Program-made: the position numbers and the translations under genes
The notes under the pieces: generated by a model
The model's database searches: none
What the model saw: only the letters and a program-made list of their open reading frames with translations
Told to the model about the DNA's origin: nothing
In this document: in pieces, positions 36,501-44,007 of the stretch
Layout of the letters: each line of letters opens with the position of its first letter
How positions within the stretch are numbered: the first letter of the stretch is position 1
DNA from: Pelomyxa schiedti
Taxonomy: Eukaryota > Protista > Evosea
Assembly (NCBI GenBank): GCA_020536535.1
Contig: JAHLWZ010000321.1
Coordinates: 1 to 44,007, forward strand
Direction of reading: 5' to 3'
Length of the DNA: 44,007 bases

Positions 36501-38624
36501 CTCACAAGGGTCACTCGTGTCTCTCATTTGAAGATGCCAAACCCCACTTTGATGTATGTCTCCACTTGGGTATATTTCTTGTTCCTTCTAATCAAGCAAA
36601 GGAAATGCTTGGGAAAGATAGTGCGGAGCTGAATACCAAGTTGAGAGAATTTAAGGTACATTCTGTCTTCTATTATCTCCTAAAAAGTATTTAACCACTG
36701 TTAAGGATTTCCGATCAAAGGTCTATCTGCCTCGTTTAATTTGAAATTGTAACTAAATGCACCGCAGATTCTCAAAGTAAAGAATGATTTGATGTACAAT
36801 GAAGTCAAGCAATGCTCTACTGTGTCCTCAAAAGTAAACCCTGTTGCACCAATTTTAAACTAAAACCACGATTACAGGTTTCAGCTCTGCATAAACTGCT
36901 TTCCGCAAAAGAAGAGGAACTTCTTGGTAGGAAAATACTCTTAAAACAAACACAACTAAATGCGGAAAGGATTCGTGCATACCGTTTTCCAGAAGAAAAC
37001 CAAGTCTCTTGATAACCAAATCAAGCAAGTTTCATCCTGGGCATCCACAGTTACTTCTGGGGTATTTATCCATCGTAGTACTTAACGCACTGACACTCTT
37101 AAGCTGGAGGCTTGCAACAATGCTGAAAACTACACACAGCAAGATAGCGGAAATTTCATGTGGCAAGCAACAGAGGCAATGAAAGCTGCATCCACCGTCA
37201 GATGTGCACCACGGCTCGAGGTAGGAGCCTCGAATGACTTCTCATACTCACTGTCCTCCACATTGCCAATTGGTAGTTTTCCTCGATTCCCTTGAAGTTC
37301 TTCTGACGCTTTCTCACAGAGCAGACCGTGCAACAGCTACAATTCTTCGACACAGCGGCACCCTCGCAACCCACATCCCAGATAACAGCCTCTTCTACGT
37401 CGACATGCACCGCTGCCTCAAACGCACCCTGCGCCGCTTCGATTCTGAGAACTCCATTTGATATGCAATTCAGAGGCTGGGACGAAGCACAGCAGTCCTT
37501 CTTTTCCTTTGGATTCCCAGCCATGCCCTCTTTGAACAACATCGTCGAGAAACAACAAACAATTCCACAGAATAACAGCAACGCCGCCAGCACAGGTTCC
37601 TCATCCGCCGCAGCTCCATCATCAACCCCTTCACCATCTCCATTCACCATTAATATCAATCCACCCCAGCCCACTACCATGACAATTAAGTCCATCACAA
37701 GGGTCTCTCCAAGGACAACTGTATCCGCCAAGCCAGCACCGACTTCAGCCTCTAGTTCAAATGTCGCACCAGCTAAACCGGCACAAGCAGGCACGTCTCG
37801 TCACTCTTATGCTAAGGATCTAACGTAACATAGAAACGCCTGACACAAAGAATGCTCCAACTTCCAAGTCTACTTCAAATAAGCAGAAAAGTCCTGATCA
37901 ACAAGTTAAATCAGACAGTGCTACACCCGCACCGCTGCCTCCTGGGGAAGTTATTTGGAAGGGAATAGTTCAGTCAGAGCAAGGCCCTTTTAGCTGCATA
38001 GGCTGCGCGCTACGCACCTCCGAAAAGTCGAACTCGAACTCTAACACTGTTGAGCTTCCCAAGGAGCTACGTGTAGATACTCTGTCACCCCTAGCAAGCC
38101 TCCCGTAAGTACCCACAATGTCCTACAACGTTCTAACCTTGGCTGTTTCTAGGCCCGATACCATTTCCGCCAACAGCATGTTTATTGAGCTTACTTGTGA
38201 CGTGTGTACCGCCTCATTCAGCGCCTTCCTTGCTCATCTGGTTACCAAAGGAGTGTAAGTAACCCCCGCAACACCTCCCAAGTACTAATTCACCGACAGA
38301 GTTGCACACACCAGCCACCCCGGAACAATGCTACTAGCTATCCGTACCACAGAAGCTCTATCCCACACCAACGCAGCCGCCTGTGTCAAGTAAGCAAACA
38401 ACTAATCACGCCAACAAACAAACTAACGCAATCGGTACAGGAAAGCGATGTGCCTCCCTCCCACAGCGGGCTCCGCAACCGAAGCCAGTGGTGGACAGCT
38501 GCACCTTGTCATGTTAGTTGGCGCTACTGCCTCCGCCTCACAACCACCACCTCCCACTGCCGCACCCGTCGATCAAGACAAGCAAACAACCACTGCAACC
38601 AACAACAACGCAAGCACTGAGTGA
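33583..38624 (+). CDS. Multidomain protein: 3x LOTUS/OST-HTH-like, RING, B-box1, B-box2, coiled coil, SPOC-like
   Basis: Manual splicing. LOTUS-like: PKEGVRLEDVAALFAAKYRRRMYPH..GLGQLVKTHPDLF; LLEFLKQRTEGVPLYQLHEEFCL; LLEAAGGELALCDLRLAYKQRY..IIRYLEEDP. RING: CYVC..DPVTFAGCYHTICQKC..CGLGC. B-box1: CSSPGC..VLCSGCNCLWCSHHNSVIH. B-box2: CTIHTSEKRTFCCTTC..ICSHCLLIGAHKGH. SPOC-like: VIWKGIV..LPKELRV..FSAFLAHLVTKG. Confidence 0.75.
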
Positions 38625-38702
38625 AGAGAGGTGAAGTAAAATAGTATGAGCTGTGTTTTAGAAAAAAATTTTTGGGAAGTAGGGTGACAGATAGGAGAGG
38701 TT

Positions 38703-40319
38703 TTAAATTGCAGCAGAGTGCTTATGTATGAGCTCAGTGATGGTGTTGGTGATAGTGGTTGGGTGTAAAACAGGAATCATGTAGGAGGGTGTGTCATCAG
38801 CCTATAGGAAAGTAAAAAAGAAGATTGGCTGGGGAGGAACTTACATGGATGACGGTTGCTGTGGGGTACTTGTGTTCATCGTAGGAGTCATTTTGCCCGA
38901 GTATGATGACTACATTAGATGGGACAGAGTCTGTTTCACTAATTTGGAACAGGTTAGGAAATCCGGAAACGGGGGAATGTTTCTTACTCCCGCATCATCT
39001 GTATTTCATTGGATGCCGTGTCATAAGTATTAGAGCGTGAAAGCATTATCTGTGCATAAAATGAACTTCATTGGAAAAGAAGAAAATGAGGGAAGCCGAC
39101 GAACCTGAGACAGCTGGGCATCATTTGCCGGGAGTTGTTTGAGCATAGGGGATAGCCTATGCTTTCCGGCCATCAACTGAAGTCTCACCAGTCCAAATTT
39201 TGTAAGTAACCGTTGAAACTTAAGAGTCCACAGCAAAGAACTTTCTTCAGGGCTTCCTATTGCCGGCACGTCTGGGGCAATAAGTACGGCCCCTGCGAAT
39301 TGAGTTGAGGGTATCTTGTTTGCAAAACTCCTGTATTAAAATATTTGGTATGAATTTGACGGTGATAGAGTGGCCTACATCGAAAAGAGTGACCCGTATT
39401 CCTGACCAACAACAATAAAACTGTCATGTTTCTCCATTCTGCTGTGCAACGCTTGGTGTAAATTGTTTGTGAAGACAGACAGCCTCTTTTCTTTGGATCC
39501 TTTTATTTGTGAATTATTCCCAATTATTTTATTTCTATGGATCCTATTNNNNNNNNNNNNNNNNNNNNNNNNNNNNNNNNNNNNNNNNNNNNNNNNNNNN
39601 NNNNNNNNNNNNNNNNNNNNNNNNNNNNNNNNNNNNNNNNNNNNNNNNGTTTCTCCATTCTGCTGTGCAACGCTTGGTGTAAATTGTTTGTGAAGACAGA
39701 CAGCCTCTTTTCTTTGGATCCTTTTATTTGTGAATTATTCCCAATTATTTTATTTCTATGGATCCTATTATATCACCTGATCGTGGAGAGAACCCGTAGC
39801 CCTCCCTGTCATATGAGCACGAAGCAATGCCCTCTCTTTGCAGTGATTCCTGCACAAGGACAAACACATTGTGTCCCTGCATCAAGCCACCCTCCAAAAT
39901 TACAAGGGGACCTCCCTCCGGGCCCACGCATTTCACGTGCAGTGCTTCACCAAAGTGTCCAGTACCTATCACTTGGCCAGAGGGTTTCAGTTTGGAATCC
40001 ACAAGGTGCCTCATAGCCAAATTAAACAGAGTAATAACCAGAAGAACCACTACCACACCCTATAAGCGTACGTCAGGATAAGGTTGTCCACTTTAGGCAG
40101 CTACTATGTAGGTAATACATAACATTTATTATAATCCCACTAACAATCAATGGAATACTATACCTCCAAAGTGTAGTCCAGCCCGACCCATAATCTCGAC
40201 GTCGGCTCGTGGAGCTTTTTCTTGGGTTTTGACTTAGGAATCGTACTGCTAGAATTCGACGATGTCGACTTCGATGCAGGGGACTTGGTTTTGTTTGTGC
40301 GTCTTCTGCTCTTTTCCAT
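38703..40319 (-). CDS. Membrane-anchored alpha/beta-hydrolase fold protein, probably catalytically dead
   Basis: TM segment, then LHVKCVGPEGGPLVILEGG, CSYDREGYGFS, FIVVGQEYGS, GAVLIAP, PSYMIPVLHP..ITELI*. Confidence 0.82.
39549..39648. other. Assembly gap flanked by ~120-bp overlap duplicate (artefact)
   Basis: Sequence after the Ns repeats ~39428-39548. Confidence 0.9.
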
Positions 40320-40599
40320 TTTTTCTGATCAAAAGAACCAATAGACCGTAACTCGCGGGTAATGTGTTTGTTCTGGCTGGAAAGTCCCGGTTACAAACAG
40401 CAGTGTAGTACTACAATAGGGAAGTATCAACAGTACTCTGCCTCAGGCTAAGTAACAACAGATTTGTCTCTACGATCTGAAAGACGATGCGGGGTGGGCG
40501 TCGTCGTGGGCGGGAGGGTCATGGCATCGTCCAGAGCATGTTCAACAAAGTAGTGGAGGGCCGGTGGCAGGGTGAGCCTAAAGCGTGCGAATATGGTGA

Positions 40600-42700
40600 G
40601 CAGATTCATCCTCTTGGCTGAGTGCTCCAGCTGGACTTCTGTTGTGATCGTTGTATCCGTGGAATCAGTACGTTAACTTGGCGAAGTCTGAGAGATATGC
40701 CACAATGTCTGAGCTCCGTCACTGCCCCTCCACTGAGCTGTATGTTCTCAACTACGAAAGCACTCAGGGGCTCGAACTGTTGCTCTCTCAGGGATTTCTG
40801 TATCTCACTGCACCCATCACACTCGAAATCTGGAACGTTGCAAATCAGGAAACTCTGCATTCCTGGCTTGTTTTCACCACCCTTGGCATATCTGTTCACA
40901 ATTTTCTTGAACCTTGTGGCCTAGTTCACTGCAGATTCTCTCAATTTCACGTGCTTCTTTTTCAATGATGTCCAGCTGCAGGGAATCCTTGCGTTTCCTG
41001 AATGGCCAGGATGTTGGCCATAACTTGAATGGGTTATTGGGCCACATGCCCTTCCTGTCCTGACCACTGAAGATGCACTTTAGCAAATTTGCTCGTCCTT
41101 GTAAGATGTGTGGTCTGGGGATGTTGTGGGCTGAATAGTGTTGTTGTCCTCATGTGTGTTATCACAACAACTTTGTCTCTTAACTATTTACACAATACAG
41201 AGGGGTTTATAAGGTGGGTTGGTTGGCTGGTGTCTGTTAGCTTGAACTCACCGGTCTTAATTACTCTTCTCCTGCAGGGGTATCACCATGGATCTATAAT
41301 TGGGATAAAGTAACATAAAGAGGAAACCACACAAAAGTGTGCAAACAAAGTGCACCACTTTTGTGTGGGTAAGAAGAAGAAGAAGAAGAAGACAGGGAGG
41401 AGGAGGAAGTATTTGTTTTGTGAGGAGAGTGTATGATTTTAAAAAACATTATTACTATGTGGTGGCCCTCCTCCTCTTTGTAATGTTTGTTTGTTTAATG
41501 AGAGTGTATGATTTCTGTGAATGGACATAATTAGTTGGCCAACTTGGGTCCCAATCATCACCCCAAGAATGGGGTGATTGCTGTGTTCAAAGTTGAAATA
41601 CTCATAAGTGGTAGGGTAGGTGATGTGGTTGTCGCACTGTGGCGTTGGCATCTACATTGGTGTTGGTGCTCTGATCTGTGGTCCCAGAGCCAACAGTGTA
41701 ATCAATATTAGTGCTAGTATCTGGCTGCCACTCAATATCAGTGGGTACCAGCCAGGTATTCTTCTCTTTTACCATCTGTTAGCTTCTGTTGGCTCAAAAA
41801 TAAGCCCCACAGAGGAAGAAAACGAGTGGGAGTGAAGAGAATAAAGGGTTCTCTTGTTTGTTCTCGTCGTTGTTGTGTAAAGGGATAAAAAGGGAGTGTG
41901 TAAAATCTTGCAGAGTGGTTGTGTGATTGGGTTAAAAGGCCACGATGTTCAAGTGTGCATGTAATCAAAACCGCCTGCCACGTTGTTTTTGCTGTATTTG
42001 TGCACCCAGCTGTGCTGATCATTACCTTTGCTGTCTCATTCTGGTAATAGTCCAGATTTGGCTCAGTCCTCAGTCTCTCCAATCCCGCTAAAGTGTGCCA
42101 GACTTTGGAGCCTCACAAGCAAGGCCAAGTTCGTGTACTTTGTGGAAGTACACACCAATATCTCACCTTGTCTCTTCTCTATGCTGCATTGCACAGCCCA
42201 CTGCCAAGGGGAACATATACATTTTGTACTTGGGATACTTTCATGGAAGTGAGCCCTAAAGTCACTGCCAAGGATAAAAATGTTATCAGAAACATAGGCT
42301 CACCCCTCTCTGTCACAAGTCCTTTATATTGCTCTATCCAAGGAGTAGTCGAATCCAAAGCTCACCTCCCTGAGCAAAATGTATTCAAACACAAGTTTCG
42401 CGTTGACACAAGCTCCAACATCACCAGGGTTTCCAGCCCATACAAGTCCTTGCATGCCTCCAGGATAAGTTTGAAACCCTTGGCACTGCAATCTTCAAGT
42501 GAGCCACATAGCTCTCGCTCTGTATCTCGGCCCTGCGTTCACCACTCTGCTTCCTCCCACGCTCACGTTTTGCCAGTCTGTAACATCTTCTCCATCCTCA
42601 TCTTCATACACACGCTGCTGTGCTGCCGCTGCTCGGCGGGCGTTTTCTTGTTGCTGTACTCATTGCGGATGCAGTGACCACACTCCCTGCACTGCAGCGC
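40600..42700 (-). pseudogene. Decayed coding/TE-derived sequence, partly homologous to the interior of the 5169-7144 element
   Basis: Broken minus-strand frames (40606-41086, 41738-42600); inverted homology of 41782-41910 with 6388-6477; degenerate motif hairpin at 41327-41368. Confidence 0.5.
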
Positions 42701-44007
42701 TGTTCGCCCTTATTCTCCTTAGCTCCTCGGCCTGCCACAAACCCAAAAAAAAAGAAGGAAAAAATCTCGTTCGTTTTCCTTCCGCGACAGCGAAGACTTG
42801 TTACTCCTGGCTCTGAGAAGGATGAGGACGATGACGAAGCCCCGAATGGCCGCCTGGCAGCGAGCCGGGGACCAAAGGGGCGAGGGAGGGGAGGACGCAG
42901 GGGGGAACGAGGCACCAGCGGTGACGGCGGGCGTCGGGGAGAGCAGTGTCACGGAGCGCAGGGGGAGAAGGGAAGACGGGGGGACGACGCGTGATGCCTG
43001 CCGAGAGGAGGGCCAGATGGCCAGCGGGCGAGGGAGGAGAGAGGGGGCCACCACCAATGGCGCCAGGGAGGGACCGACACGCGGAGCGGACGGAGGAGCG
43101 GGGACGGCTGGCTGGGTTCCACGGGGTAAGGGCACCACGGACTGGGCCTCGGGTGGCGGGTTGGCGGACGCCGCTGCCTCGGCACCGCGGGAGAGAACGT
43201 GGCGATAGGTGCCGCCGCCGAAAGTACGGGGAAGGTCGACTGCGCCGCATGGGCTGGACAGAGGGACGGCCGCGGGGCGTCCTGCGGTGCAGAGGCATTG
43301 GGGGGATTGTGTGCCGGAGCGAAGGGGAGTTATCACCAGTCCTGGGACCTCCCTGGCACGGGGGCGTGGCCCAGTGGAGAAGGCTGGACAGCCACCCACT
43401 GTTTTACCAGCGCCCGGGACACCAAGGAGGCTAGGGCAGTACTGGGTTCTCAGAATACCCATGTCCCTCCTAGCTAACACACAAGCCAAACCCCGCTACC
43501 TCTACACAGCAGGCCACCGCCCACGGCAGACCCGCACTCCAACCCATGCGGCCATCCCCGAACCGCCAACGAAAAGCAACACTCGCCCCGCGCTCCCCCG
43601 CGCTGGGAGACAACGTCGGCGCCAACAGAACCGCCCCCAAAGGAGCCGCAGGGGCGCACCCCCCCCCCCAGGAGACACCAGCACCAGCCGACACCGCCGC
43701 GCCGACAGCCCCCCGCGCGGCTGCGCCCTGACAACCGCTGGCAACGCCCCCCCGCACCAGCCGACAACGACCGCCAGCCAGCACACCCACCACCCGAGAG
43801 CACCCCGCGCGCACGCCCGCCCCGGCATCCCCAGTACCCTCGGCGCCCCCAGCCACGGCCCCCGCCCCGCCACCGCCGCGCGCCACGACTTGCCCCTCGC
43901 ACACCTCGGTTCGGCTCTCCCCCGGGCCCCCCCCTCGCCGCCCTTGGGCCCCTGCTTGCTTGCCGACTCGCCACTGTCTTCTGCTGCTTTTTTTTTTTTT
44001 TTTTTTT
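42700..44007. other. Very GC/CpG-rich, strand-skewed low-complexity region ending in T20
   Basis: G-rich then C-rich on +; short repeats such as GCACCAGCCGACA; poly-T 43988-44007; no recognisable protein. Confidence 0.6.

Noticed and set aside
40379-40780. RNase MRP/P RNA (GGAAAGTCCCGG) or U2 snRNA (GTGTAGTA)
   Set aside because: The complementary P4 3' strand consensus and the U2 5' stem sequence are not present.
43310-43425. HDV-like ribozyme
   Set aside because: Crossing helices are possible, but there is no room for the P3/L3 element and no proper J4/2 motif.
42604-43974. Many overlapping ORFs of 100-256 aa
   Set aside because: Expected from stop-poor GC-rich sequence; G/A/R/P-rich with no domain.
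1-44007. tRNA/rRNA genes or a non-standard genetic code
   Set aside because: No cloverleaf or rRNA signatures noticed; conserved genes read normally once short introns are removed.

Overview
Gene-dense eukaryotic (protist) scaffold with many short GT-AG introns (about 30-200 nt) and four 100-N gaps. The gene style and an expanded 'AR.QLAALATSSHARCGARSPA' family suggest an amoebozoan such as Pelomyxa (inference from recognition only; not checked by search). Recognisable genes, assembled by eye across introns: a degenerate importin-alpha, a divergent Rab-like GTPase, Rap1, an ankyrin protein, a transmembrane RING E3, a DH-PH-DH RhoGEF, a tiny myristoylated protein, an ER-type DnaJ, a 2H phosphoesterase, SDS22, a TBC protein, a SAPS/PP6R subunit and an alpha/beta-hydrolase fold protein. 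Most notable: (i) a large gene reading as 3xLOTUS(OST-HTH)-RING-Bbox-Bbox-coiled coil-SPOC, a candidate RNA-linked silencing E3 ligase; (ii) a 2-kb non-autonomous TIR transposon with about 20 copies of CACAAAGTGCGCC in inverted pairs, plus an older CpG-decayed relative near 41.3-41.9 kb; (iii) three copies of an intronless lineage-specific family; (iv) apparent pseudo-enzymes (TBC, hydrolase). All gene models and domain calls are manual and need HMM/RNA-seq confirmation.
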